In this document: positions 35,690-46,000 of the stretch, piece after piece
How the letters are laid out: every line of letters begins with the position of its first letter
Numbering within the stretch: the first letter of the stretch is position 1
Source: an uncultured virus (IMG/VR IMGVR_UViG_2844359394_000002)
Taxonomy: Duplodnaviria > Heunggongvirae > Uroviricota > Caudoviricetes
Virus record (IMG/VR): IMGVR_UViG_2844359394_000002
Length of the DNA stretch: 64,000 nucleotides
Reading direction: 5' to 3' (one strand)
Notes under the pieces: model-generated
Told to the model about the DNA's origin: nothing
Database searches by the model: none
Seen by the model: the letters and a program-made list of their open reading frames with translations, nothing else
Translations under genes and position numbers: made by a program

Positions 35690-37135
35690 ATGAATATTTT
35701 TTTTGATAATCTATTTGGAAAGAAATCTAAGACTAAAGGTGAAGTTGAAATAGTTACTTCATCTGAAAATAAGGATATAGATACTCAAAGTGGCAAGACT
35801 GAAAAATGGTCAGTTGCATACATTGAGGACCTTACTAGTCCTATTGTAGCGGGCAGTAACTATCTAACGCTATTCAGTACGATACCTGAAGTCTTTTTCC
35901 CGATCGATTATATTGCATCGCGAATTGCAGGTGCTAATTTTCAATTGAAGAAAACTAAGGATGACAGTATAGTATGGGCGAATAAACGAATGAATGGCAT
36001 ACTTAGTCGTCCTAATTGTTTGATGCGTTGGAAAGAATTGATTTATCAGCACCATATTTATAAATTGTGTACAGGGAATAGCTTTATTCGTGCCGCTATG
36101 CCTGATGTCTTTTCTACAGCTGAAAAATGGAGATATTGCGATAATTATTGGGTGCTACCTTCTGATAAGACTATTGTAGAACCTGTTTACGGGAATATGC
36201 CATTGTTTGGCATTGCCCAAACAGAAGATATTATTCGTAGCTATCGTTTGGAGTATGGTTGGAATGGTAGTTTGGAAATTCCTCCATACCAAATATGGCA
36301 TGATAGAGACGGAAGTGCAGAGTTCTATTCAGGGGCTATGTTCTTGAAGTCCAAAAGTCGTCTTGCTTCCCAAAATAAGCCAATGTCAAATCTAATAGCT
36401 GTATATGAAGCTAGAAATGTGATTTATGTAAAGCGGGGTGGATTGGGCTTTATTGTAAGTAAGAAAACTGATGCTACCGGTTCAATAGCGTTGACTGACG
36501 ATGAAAAGGAACAGCTTTTGAAGCAAAATTTTGAGAAGTATGGTGTAAGGAAGGGCCAGGTACCTTATGGTATTTCAGATGCAGACATTGACTTTGTTCG
36601 TACTAATCTTTCTATTGCAGAGTTACAGCCGTTTGAAGAGACTTTGGCTGATGCAATAAATATTGCAGGGGCATACGGCATCCCTGCCGTTCTTGTTCCG
36701 CGAAAAGACCAGTCCACATTTAGCAATCAGGCTACTGCTGAAAAGAGCGTATATTGTTCAACTGTTATTCCTATGGCCAAACAATTCTGCAAGGATTTTA
36801 CAGCTTTCCTTGGTCTTGAAGGAGGTGGATATTATTTGGATTGTGATTTCTCTGATGTTGATTGTTTGCAGGAAGGATTGAAAGAATCCGAGGACGTAAA
36901 GACAAATATAAATAAACGTTGTCGTGAACAATTCTCATGTGGGCTTATAACACTCAATGACTGGCGTGCCCAAATAGGCGAAAGTATGATAGAAAATCCC
37001 TTGTTTGACAAATTGAAATTTGATATGTCAGATGAGGAACTGGATAAAGTAAATCGAGTTTTTAACACTAAAAGTGGAGATGAAAAAGATGGAAGAGAAA
37101 ATCAAAAGCCTTCAGTACAAGACAAAGGCAAATGA
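35690..37135 (+). CDS. Portal protein
   Basis: Position after terminase; IAGAYGIPAVLV...STFSNQ, GLITLNDWRAQIG (HK97-type portal). Confidence 0.88.
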   Translation: MNIFFDNLFGKKSKTKGEVEIVTSSENKDIDTQSGKTEKWSVAYIEDLTSPIVAGSNYLTLFSTIPEVFFPIDYIASRIAGANFQLKKTKDDSIVWANKRMNGILSRPNCLMRWKELIYQHHIYKLCTGNSFIRAAMPDVFSTAEKWRYCDNYWVLPSDKTIVEPVYGNMPLFGIAQTEDIIRSYRLEYGWNGSLEIPPYQIWHDRDGSAEFYSGAMFLKSKSRLASQNKPMSNLIAVYEARNVIYVKRGGLGFIVSKKTDATGSIALTDDEKEQLLKQNFEKYGVRKGQVPYGISDADIDFVRTNLSIAELQPFEETLADAINIAGAYGIPAVLVPRKDQSTFSNQATAEKSVYCSTVIPMAKQFCKDFTAFLGLEGGGYYLDCDFSDVDCLQEGLKESEDVKTNINKRCREQFSCGLITLNDWRAQIGESMIENPLFDKLKFDMSDEELDKVNRVFNTKSGDEKDGRENQKPSVQDKGK

Positions 37136-38150
37136 TGTTGATGAGAAGGGTATCGTTACCGTTGCGGTGAACGGTATCGGTGTGAAGGACTCACAAAATG
37201 ACATATCTATGCCCGGCTCATTCAATAAGACATTGAAAGAAAATATTGGTCGGATGCGTTGGTTCCTGAATCATCGTACAGACCAGTTGTTAGGTGTTCC
37301 GTTGAGTGGTAAGGAAACAGAAGGTAATTTGGTTATGGTCGGTCAGTTAAATCTTGAAAAACAGATTGGACGTGATACGTTGGCTGATTATAAGCTGTTT
37401 GCAGAGAATGGAAGAACCCTAGAACACTCTATCGGAGTAAAAGCTATCAAAAGGGATTCTATCGATCCTTGTAAGGTGCTTGAATGGCGTATGATGGAAT
37501 ATTCAACATTGACAAGTTGGGGGAGTAATCCCCAGACGTTCCTTGTGAATATTAAGTCTGCTACTGCTGACCAGGTAAAGGAGGCTGTTGATTTCGTCCG
37601 GAAAGCGTTCTTGCAGCATGGATATAGTGATGAACGTTTAAAAGGATACGATATGGAATTAAGTTTATTACTGAAGAGCCTCAACGGTGGTGCCGTTGTC
37701 TCATGTCCTCATTGTGGTTATCAATTTGATTATGATGCAGAAACGGAGCATACCTTTGCCCAACAGGTATTAGATTATGCTGCTGATTATCAGAGATGGA
37801 TAACACAGGACATTGTAAGGGAAGAAATGGAGAAGCTCACTCCAGAGATTAGAACCCAAGTAATTTCTCTTATTGATTCTGTCAAATCAGAAAAGAAAGA
37901 ATTTACTCAAAAGGGTCTACAAGACCTTATGAATTATGTAAGATGTCCCCACTGTTGGGGAAAAGTATATCGTTCGAATGCTATTCTGCAAAATACTTCT
38001 GAAGATACCACCGGAAAAAATGAGCCGTCTGTTGACACTCAAGAAAAGAATGACGGGGAAAATGGGGACGATGAAGTAACGATTAAAGCCGCTGATAATG
38101 GCACTTTACTCGATTTCAAGAGTTTGAATAGCTGTTTCGAGAATAAATAA
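37089..38150 (+). CDS. Prohead protease (HK97 type) with C-terminal extension
   Basis: DSQNDISMPGSF, FLNH, HSIG, EYSTLTSWGSNP; two CPHC motifs in the tail. Confidence 0.85.
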   Translation: MEEKIKSLQYKTKANDVDEKGIVTVAVNGIGVKDSQNDISMPGSFNKTLKENIGRMRWFLNHRTDQLLGVPLSGKETEGNLVMVGQLNLEKQIGRDTLADYKLFAENGRTLEHSIGVKAIKRDSIDPCKVLEWRMMEYSTLTSWGSNPQTFLVNIKSATADQVKEAVDFVRKAFLQHGYSDERLKGYDMELSLLLKSLNGGAVVSCPHCGYQFDYDAETEHTFAQQVLDYAADYQRWITQDIVREEMEKLTPEIRTQVISLIDSVKSEKKEFTQKGLQDLMNYVRCPHCWGKVYRSNAILQNTSEDTTGKNEPSVDTQEKNDGENGDDEVTIKAADNGTLLDFKSLNSCFENK

Positions 38151-38167
38151 CTTAAAATTTAAATTTT

Positions 38168-39745
38168 ATGCCAATTAGAAAATTTACAGTATCAGATTTT
38201 AATCTGAAAACGGACGGTCTGCCGGCAGAACAGAAAACATTTATGGAAAATATCGCCGGCATGATGTGTGAAGTAGTTAACAAGTCACTTGAAGGATTTG
38301 CTTCACCGGAGGAGGTAACGAAACAGTTTGGTGACATCAATAATCTATTGAAAGCCTATGATGGAGAAAAGTTCCAGCAATTGGTAAAGGACAACGAGCA
38401 ACTTGTAGAACAAGTTAAAACTCTTGGTGAAAGTATCGAGAAAATGAAGCAGAAAGGTCTTTCTATGGATACTATCAACAAGTTCGATGAGAAGTTGAAC
38501 GAGATGCTTGATTCTGAAAAATTCAGAGATTTCGCAGAAGGAAAAACACGCAAATCAGGAGAATTTGACGGCTTCTCCTTGAAAGATGTCGTTTCCATGA
38601 CTGACAACTACACCGGTGATTTGTTGATTACTCAACAACAGAAACGTGTTGTGACTCAGGTTGCCAACAAAAAGTTGCATATGCGTGATGTATTAACGAC
38701 GCTGACAGCTGATCCTGCATATCCTCAACTCGCCTATGCGCAAGTATATGCTTTCAACCGTAATGCCCGTTTTGTAACTGAGAACGGTCGTTTACCGGAA
38801 TCAAGTATCAAGGTAAAAGAGATACAGACAGGAACTAAGCGCCTTGGTACTCATATCCGTATTTCAAAACGTATGTTGAAATCAAGAGTGTACATTCGTT
38901 CCTACATCTTGAACATGCTTCCTGAAGCTGTTTGGATGGCAGAAGACTGGAACATCTTGTTTGGTGACGGTAATGGTGAGAATTTGCTTGGTATTATTAA
39001 TAATACTGGGGTGACTTCTGTAGAGAAGATTATCAGTACAGCCATTGTTACAGGTGCCGCCGGTGCTGTAAAAGCTATTACCGGATATAACGGTGATAAG
39101 GATGTGATTGTAGAGTTTGCAGAACCACAGGATTTGATTCTTGATGGAATGAGTATCACGTTCGCTGGTGCTGCTGTTCTCACTGAACTGAACAAAACAC
39201 ACGCTCTTGTGAAAATGGAAGATGGTCGTATCCTTATTCCTGGTGTCGCGTTCTCCGGTGCTGAAACGGCTACGGATAAAATGACATTCAGTGTTCATGA
39301 AGCCGGCTTTAAGAACATTGAGGAACCCAACTCTGAAGATGTAGTGAAAACAGCTTTCGCCGCAATGACATATGCCCAGTATTTTCCGAATGCCATTATT
39401 CTTAATCCAATGACTGTTAACGGTATGGAATCAGAGAAAGATACGACAGGACGTAATCTTGGTATCGTTAAAATGGTTGATGGGGTGAAATATATTGCCG
39501 GTCGTCCGATTATCGAGTATGGTGGCATTCTTCCAGGTAAGTATCTTTTAGGTGACTTTAACCAAGCCGCAAATTTGGTTGATTATACCACTTTGACACT
39601 TGAATGGGCTGAAGATGTGGAGACCAAGCTTTGCAATGAGGTTGTGCTGATGGCACAAGAAGAAGTTATCTTCCCGATTTATATGCCGTGGGCTTTCGCT
39701 TATGGGGATTTGGCCGCATTGAAGACTGCAATAACTAAAGCGTAG
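38168..39745 (+). CDS. Major capsid protein (HK97 fold)
   Basis: N-terminal coiled coil, VTENGRLPES, ILFGDG, ILNP, LLGDF, PWAF. Confidence 0.88.
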   Translation: MPIRKFTVSDFNLKTDGLPAEQKTFMENIAGMMCEVVNKSLEGFASPEEVTKQFGDINNLLKAYDGEKFQQLVKDNEQLVEQVKTLGESIEKMKQKGLSMDTINKFDEKLNEMLDSEKFRDFAEGKTRKSGEFDGFSLKDVVSMTDNYTGDLLITQQQKRVVTQVANKKLHMRDVLTTLTADPAYPQLAYAQVYAFNRNARFVTENGRLPESSIKVKEIQTGTKRLGTHIRISKRMLKSRVYIRSYILNMLPEAVWMAEDWNILFGDGNGENLLGIINNTGVTSVEKIISTAIVTGAAGAVKAITGYNGDKDVIVEFAEPQDLILDGMSITFAGAAVLTELNKTHALVKMEDGRILIPGVAFSGAETATDKMTFSVHEAGFKNIEEPNSEDVVKTAFAAMTYAQYFPNAIILNPMTVNGMESEKDTTGRNLGIVKMVDGVKYIAGRPIIEYGGILPGKYLLGDFNQAANLVDYTTLTLEWAEDVETKLCNEVVLMAQEEVIFPIYMPWAFAYGDLAALKTAITKA

Positions 39746-39749
39746 GATT

Positions 39750-40172
39750 ATGGATTACATACTTAGAGGTAACGATAAGGATGTAACCAATGTGCTTAAA
39801 GAGCAACGCATTCGGATTAATAGAGGGATGATTCAACTCATCCCTATTTCCGAATGTGGTCTTGTTACAGAAGAAGATGCCCGAAAGACATTGGAATGTA
39901 TGCTTGCAGAGAAAAATGAAGAGATTGGCAGGCTTACTGCATCCATTGCAGAGAAAGATAAGACAATTGTTGAACTGACAGAAGAGCGTGAAACAATGAA
40001 AGCTCGCATTGCAGAACTTGAAGTACAGGTGCCTTCTGATGAAAAGAATCTTCCGGTTGCCGATTCAAAAGATTTGCAAGAGGAAGATGCCAAGGAGGTA
40101 ACTGTTACAGATGATAAAGCCGTTTCCGTGGAAGATGAAAAGAAAACCGGGAAAGGCAAGACTTCTAAATAA
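39750..40172 (+). CDS. Head-module hypothetical coiled-coil protein
   Basis: 140-aa ORF. Confidence 0.7.
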   Translation: MDYILRGNDKDVTNVLKEQRIRINRGMIQLIPISECGLVTEEDARKTLECMLAEKNEEIGRLTASIAEKDKTIVELTEERETMKARIAELEVQVPSDEKNLPVADSKDLQEEDAKEVTVTDDKAVSVEDEKKTGKGKTSK

Positions 40173-40180
40173 CTATCGCT

Positions 40181-40723
40181 ATGTTGATTGATGTTTCATA
40201 TTTTATGTCAGGTCCCAGGCATATTGAGAATGTTTCGGTCGCTGAAATGCCTTCGCCCCAATCTCTTGCTGTGAATGAGGTGATAAATGGGTATATTAAG
40301 GCATTTCAGCCCGAATTTCTCCGGAATGTTGTTGGTGTGACTCTTTCCCAAGCTATCACAGATTATTTGGAGCTTATTGAACGGGAAAAGGAAGATTCTT
40401 CAGATGAAGTTGATATTTCAGAAGAGAAGGAAGCCCCCCAGTCCGGATATGCAGTATTATGCGAGAAGCTGTGTGAACCGTTCGCTGACTATGTCTTTTA
40501 TCATATTCTTCGTGACGCAAACACCCAGGCTACAATAACCGGGCTTGTCCGTTTGAAATGTGCTAATGAATATATAGCTCCTTTGAAGAGACAAGTAAGC
40601 ACATGGAATAGCATGGTAGAGAAGAATAAACAGTTTGTTGAATGGGCTATGTCGAATGATTGTCCTTTCGATGTGAAAATAACCAAGAATCTTTTGACCC
40701 CAATTAATGCTTTCAATTTATGA
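40181..40723 (+). CDS. Putative head-tail connector
   Basis: Synteny only. Confidence 0.55.
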   Translation: MLIDVSYFMSGPRHIENVSVAEMPSPQSLAVNEVINGYIKAFQPEFLRNVVGVTLSQAITDYLELIEREKEDSSDEVDISEEKEAPQSGYAVLCEKLCEPFADYVFYHILRDANTQATITGLVRLKCANEYIAPLKRQVSTWNSMVEKNKQFVEWAMSNDCPFDVKITKNLLTPINAFNL

Positions 40724-41292
40724 TAGATTTAGATATAACAGAACTGTTTGAGGAGATTGTAAAGGAACTTCCAGAAGGGCTTGAAATTCTCTATCCAAAT
40801 GGGAAAGGGGGAACTAAAGTTATGAAGTCCCCAAGGTTGAATTACATCTTCGGTAGCAGTCAATATATCAAAGATATTTTAGATGAATACAGTAAGTCTT
40901 CTGCCCAGTCTGAAAGGAAGTTTCCATTGGTTGCACTATTCACTCCAATTAGTGAGGATAGAGGTGATGCGGATTATTTTTCAAAAGCAAAGGTTTCGTT
41001 AATTATAGCATGTTCTTCTTGTAAAGAGTGGAGCAATGAGATGCGCAGAACCACATCTTTTAAAAATATCCTTCGGCCAATCTATAAACGTTTATTGGAA
41101 GTATTATATGAAGATTCTCGGTTCGACTGCGACTATGACGAAAAAGTGAAACATAGTTATTCAGAAAACTATTCATATGGCAGATACGGAGCCTATACAG
41201 ATTCCGGTGAGGCTGTGAGCGAGCCGATTGATGCCATAAATATACGCTCGATGGAAATAAAAATTAATAATCTTAATTGTAGAAGAAAATGA
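40720..41292 (+). CDS. Putative neck/tail-completion protein
   Basis: Synteny only. Confidence 0.55.
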   Translation: MIDLDITELFEEIVKELPEGLEILYPNGKGGTKVMKSPRLNYIFGSSQYIKDILDEYSKSSAQSERKFPLVALFTPISEDRGDADYFSKAKVSLIIACSSCKEWSNEMRRTTSFKNILRPIYKRLLEVLYEDSRFDCDYDEKVKHSYSENYSYGRYGAYTDSGEAVSEPIDAINIRSMEIKINNLNCRRK

Positions 41293-42128
41293 GAAAGATT
41301 AGAACGTGTAAGGGTTCCCGGATGAACACTGGTAGTTCTGCTTGTAGCATTGACTGGAAAAAGGTCAAAGGTGCTATCTTGACAGAACATGGTGTCAAAC
41401 TCCCTGCTGATATAACAGGTGAGAAGTTGCTCGAATTGTGCCATGCAGACCGTCCCGGGCGTATTTACCCTATTTTGCCATTCCTGGAGTATGCCAAGAA
41501 TGGTGGAGAGCCTCAAGTTAATCCTGTAGGGTACGGTGCAAGTGAATACAACGGGCTTAGCGCTCAAACAGACACCTTCACTTTGAAGAAATTTGATGAG
41601 GTTTTGAATGCCCAGCTTCTGAAATGTGCCAATAAAGGATGGGACGTTTACTTTTGGAATCAGGATAATATGTTGATCGGTTATAATGATGACACTGATA
41701 TCCTTGCCGGTATTCCGATGTCTACTGTTTATCCGACCGTGACACAGTACCCGACCAGTAGTGCTAAGTCTGCGATGACTGTTAGTTTTTCACATGAAGA
41801 TGTGGAAGACAGCCAATTGCACTTTGACTACGTGCAGTTAGACTTCAATCCCAAGAATTTCGTTAAAGGCTTGGTTGATGTTGTGTTTCAAAAGTTGGAG
41901 GCCGAAAATACTTACAAAATAGTTGAAGTTGTTGGTGGTTATGACCGTACAGAAGAATTTGGCAGTCTTATTGCTGATGGTGCTGCTGAAGTTATGAATA
42001 ACGTAACTTCTGCTACGTATTCGGATGGTATCATTACCATTGTTCCTAAAGCTGGGGCGGTTCCTTCGTTGAAAGCTCCTTCTGTATTGTATGAAAAAGG
42101 AATCAGAGGTATTGAGCAGGTGTCATGA
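41289..42128 (+). CDS. Putative major tail protein
   Basis: Size and position upstream of the tape measure. Confidence 0.55.
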   Translation: MRKIRTCKGSRMNTGSSACSIDWKKVKGAILTEHGVKLPADITGEKLLELCHADRPGRIYPILPFLEYAKNGGEPQVNPVGYGASEYNGLSAQTDTFTLKKFDEVLNAQLLKCANKGWDVYFWNQDNMLIGYNDDTDILAGIPMSTVYPTVTQYPTSSAKSAMTVSFSHEDVEDSQLHFDYVQLDFNPKNFVKGLVDVVFQKLEAENTYKIVEVVGGYDRTEEFGSLIADGAAEVMNNVTSATYSDGIITIVPKAGAVPSLKAPSVLYEKGIRGIEQVS

Positions 42129-42280
42129 AGGTAGATAATGTTACGTTCGTCGAGGTTGCTGTGAAGGGCATGACGAAGGAAGAGTTTATTAATGCGCACA
42201 TTAAAGTCGTGTGGCAGGAACTGAAGGAAGCTGACCGCAAGAAGAAGCTCTCGGAAGTGTACGATGCGATAACTAAGTAA
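42125..42280 (+). CDS. Small hypothetical protein (MKVDNVTF..., 51 aa; below the ORF-track cutoff)
   Basis: ATGA overlap with the upstream stop; open to TAA 42280; followed by a GC-rich hairpin. Confidence 0.65.
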   Translation: MKVDNVTFVEVAVKGMTKEEFINAHIKVVWQELKEADRKKKLSEVYDAITK

Positions 42281-42329
42281 CCGACGGGCTGGGGTGTGAT
42301 TACAGCCCGGCCCGTTATATTTTTACTGT

Positions 42330-42851
42330 ATGGCAGATTTTGATGAATTACATAGAGTTATTCATTCCATTGCATCCGGGTTTGAAGAGGAATGTATTAG
42401 GTGTATGGAAGAACATAAGAATGTGCTCGTTGATTGCATTCAGGAGCAATTATATTCCGGTCTGGACGGTACTGAACATCTATTGAATCCTGATTATGAT
42501 ACTGACACCTATTTTAACGAGCCCGGTCCCTGGCAGAACCGTGCGGAACAATATAAACGATGGAAGGAGAGGATAACTCCACCTCTTAGAAGTGAGATGC
42601 TTTATTTGCCACCGCGTCCGGTTGAGGTACCTAACCTCTTTATTACTGGTACTTTCTATGATAGCATAACTGCCGATAGAATTGATTCCGGGCTTCGATT
42701 CTCAACGAAAGGATTTACGGACGGTAGTTCTATTGAGAAGAAATACGGTGAGCAGATTTTAGGCATTGGTGATACAGCTAAAGAGTACTTTAATATTATG
42801 TATCTCCGTCCCTGGATGGAACGTTTCTTTTCAGAATGTGGATATCGGTAG
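42330..42851 (+). CDS. Putative neck/tail protein
   Basis: PNLFITGTFYDSI motif; synteny. Confidence 0.6.
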   Translation: MADFDELHRVIHSIASGFEEECIRCMEEHKNVLVDCIQEQLYSGLDGTEHLLNPDYDTDTYFNEPGPWQNRAEQYKRWKERITPPLRSEMLYLPPRPVEVPNLFITGTFYDSITADRIDSGLRFSTKGFTDGSSIEKKYGEQILGIGDTAKEYFNIMYLRPWMERFFSECGYR

Positions 42852-42854
42852 AAA

Positions 42855-43044
42855 ATGGCTTGTAGTTGCGAAATAAAAAAGAATGCAGAGTGAACTGGAA
42901 CGTATCAGTGATCTTGCAAAGAAAGCAGCTGTCTTGGATGGTTGCATGTATGTCGTTTATCAGAAAGAAGATGGTACCTATGCTTTTGATAAACTAGGAG
43001 TTGAGATAAAAGGAAAGATTGTTGAATATAGACATTACCTGTAA
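42855..43044 (+). pseudogene. Small tail-region gene with an apparent 1-nt insertion near 42882
   Basis: MACSCEIKK (42855) continues as MQSELERISDLAKK...HYL (42883-43044) only in the +1 frame. Confidence 0.5.
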
Positions 43045-43046
43045 TT

Positions 43047-46000
43047 ATGGCAGATTTAAAATTAAAAGATTTCGTTGATGAGAACGATTTGCAGAAATTG
43101 GTGGAGCTTGATAATACTATTGAGCGTGTGAGGGCTGATTATGTTAATGCGGCCAAAGAATTAGCAAAAGGTTTGAAACTAAATGTAGAAGGCGTTGCTG
43201 ATCTTGAAAAGTTGAGTAATCTTTATAATACCCAAGCAAAAACGGCTGGCTCTGCATCTGCTGAATTAACCGAGGCTCTTAGAAAACAGTCTGAAATAAC
43301 TCAAACTGTCAGTAAGAAGATAGAGGAAAAGCTAAATGTAGAGAAATTATCTGCTGCTGAATTGAAGAAACTAACCAAGGCAAACTCGGATAATGCTGCG
43401 TCCTTGGAAAAGGCTGTTAAAGCGGAAGCTAACTTGACAAAAGCGCAGAATGCCGGTAATACTACTCGTAAGAAAGCTGTTTTATCTGAAGAAGAACGTT
43501 TAAAACTTATCAGAACTGCTATTACCTTGACTAATCAGGAAGTACATAGCCGTTCACAAGCAAAGGAAATGAATAAGCAGCTACAAAAGGCTGTTGATGT
43601 TTTGAAAGATACGGATGAAAACTATATTCGTACACTTGCCCGTCTTAATTCTACTATTGGAATCAACACTGATTACATAAAGCGAAATTCCGATCGATAT
43701 AGTCAACAGAAAATGACCATTGGTGCATATCGGGAAGAAGTAAAGGCGGCATGGATTGAAATACAGAACGGTAATAAGTCCATGCAGAACATGGGAATTA
43801 TTGCCCGGAATGCTGGAATGATGCTTAAAACGGAGATGGCTCCTGGGCTAAACAAAGTTGGTGCAGGATTGAAAGGGTGGGCTGCTGGATATATTGGTGC
43901 ACAAGCTGTTGTTAGTGGAGTTGTTGCTTTATTTACAAAACTGCGTGAAGGAGTAGGTGATATTGTTAAATTTGAATTAGCTAATAGTAGGCTTGCTGCA
44001 ATATTAGGAACCACTTCTGATAAAGTGAAGGAGTTAACTGCGGATGCTCAACGTTTGGGTGCTACAACGAAATACACTGCATCCGAAGCTACGGATTTGC
44101 AAATAGAACTTGCTAAACTAGGTTTTACTCGAAAAGAAATATTAGATGCAACAGAGCACGTTCTAAAATTTGCACAAGCTACCGGGGCAGAATTAGCAGA
44201 TGCGGCTTCATTGGCAGGTGCTTCTCTTCGTATGTTTAATGCTGATACAAGAGAAACTGAAAGATATGTGTCTGCGATGGCTGTCGCAACAACCAAAAGC
44301 GCATTGTCGTTTTCATATCTCGCTACTGCATTACCAATTGTTGGACCGGTTGCAAAAGCCTTTAATTTCAGTATTGAAGATACTTTGGCTTTGTTGGGTA
44401 AATTATCGGATGCCGGCTTTGATGCTTCAATGGCTGCTACTGCTACCCGTAATGTTTTTCTAAATTTAGCTGATAGTAATGGAAAGCTGGCAAAGGCGTT
44501 AGGTAAGCCCGTTAAAACATTGCCTGAGTTAGTTGAAGGATTGAAATCGCTAAAAGAAAAAGGGGTAGACTTGAATACTACTCTTGAATTAACTGATAAG
44601 CGTAGTGTTGCCGCTTTTAATGCCTTTCTCACCGCTGTTGATAAAATATTACCACTTAGAGAACAGATTACTGGTGTAGAACGTGAATTGGGCGATATGG
44701 CTCACACGATGGGAGATAATGTTCATGGAGCTCTTGCTAACTTATCTTCAGCATGGGAAGCGTTTATGCTTTCTTTCTCCGAGTCAACGGGACCTGCTAA
44801 GGAGTTTCTTAATTGGATGGCTGATAAAATAAGAGGTATCGCCAATGATTTGAAATCTCCTGAAGAAAAAATAGAAAAGATAGATTATAATTTTAGAACA
44901 CTTGCAAAAAAAGATGCGAACAAAAAGTTATTGGAAGTAGAAAAAGATTTTCAGGCAGAATATAAGAGGCTTATTGATGCTGGTGATACAGAGGAACAAG
45001 CATACACAAAAGCTGTTATTCAAATGAAAAATAAACGTATTGAAGTAACGGCCCAAGAGAGAGAAGCTTTAAAACGGATGAAAACTCGTGCTCAATATGC
45101 AACATCAGAGTTTGAAGATATGTCTTGGATAAAGAATGGTGCTGCTAAAATGTTTGGCTATTACACGTCGGAAGCAGAAAAAGCGGATAAGGCTCAGTTG
45201 GAATTTTCTAAAAACTTATTCAAAATAGCATCTAGCGATGAGTTTAATCGTGGACTTGATGTGATTGCAGAAAAGTTCCGTCCAAAGGGTAACGACAAAA
45301 ATGGTTCAGGTATAACAGTCCTTACTGATAAAGAAAAACGTGAACAGGAAAAAGCTCTCAAAGAGAAGCTGAAAATTCATGAAACTTATCAGGAGTCAGA
45401 ACTAGCTCTTATGGATGAGGGACTGGAGAAAGAACTTGCTAAAATTGGTGTTGCTTACTCGAAGAAGATTGCTGCCGTCAAGGGTAATAGCAAAGAGGAA
45501 ATTGCTACACGTCAGAATTTAGCTAAGGAAATGCAGGAAAGGCTAGATGAGTTTACTATTAAGTATAATTCTGATCGTGAGAAGAAGGATGTTGAGAACG
45601 CTCTTGCTGTTGTAAAAAAGGGGTCCCAGGAAGAACTTGATTTGAAATTGCACCAGTTAGAATTGCAACGTGAAGCAGAAATTGATGCAGCAGAGAAAAC
45701 AGGTGAAGATGTAATATTGATAGATGAAAAATATGCTAGGAAAAAACAAGAGATTTACGGAAAGTATGCTTCTGATCAGGTAGCATTGATTGCGGAAAAT
45801 GCAGCCCATGAGCAAGAGATACGTGACGCTGCGTATGTAATGGATATGCTTGCTCTTAAAAAGAAGTTAGCATCCAAGCTAATAACAGAAGAGCAATATG
45901 CGATAGAGGAATACAATTTACAACTTGAATATGCACATAAGACTACTGAAGCAGCGATTGAAGCTTTGGAACTGGAATTAACCGTTGAGAATATTACTGC

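Noticed and set aside
42855..43044. Programmed -1 frameshift at A AAA AAG (tail assembly chaperone type)
   Set aside because: The downstream coding frame needs +1, not -1; one extra A just after an A run looks like a point insertion or sequencing error
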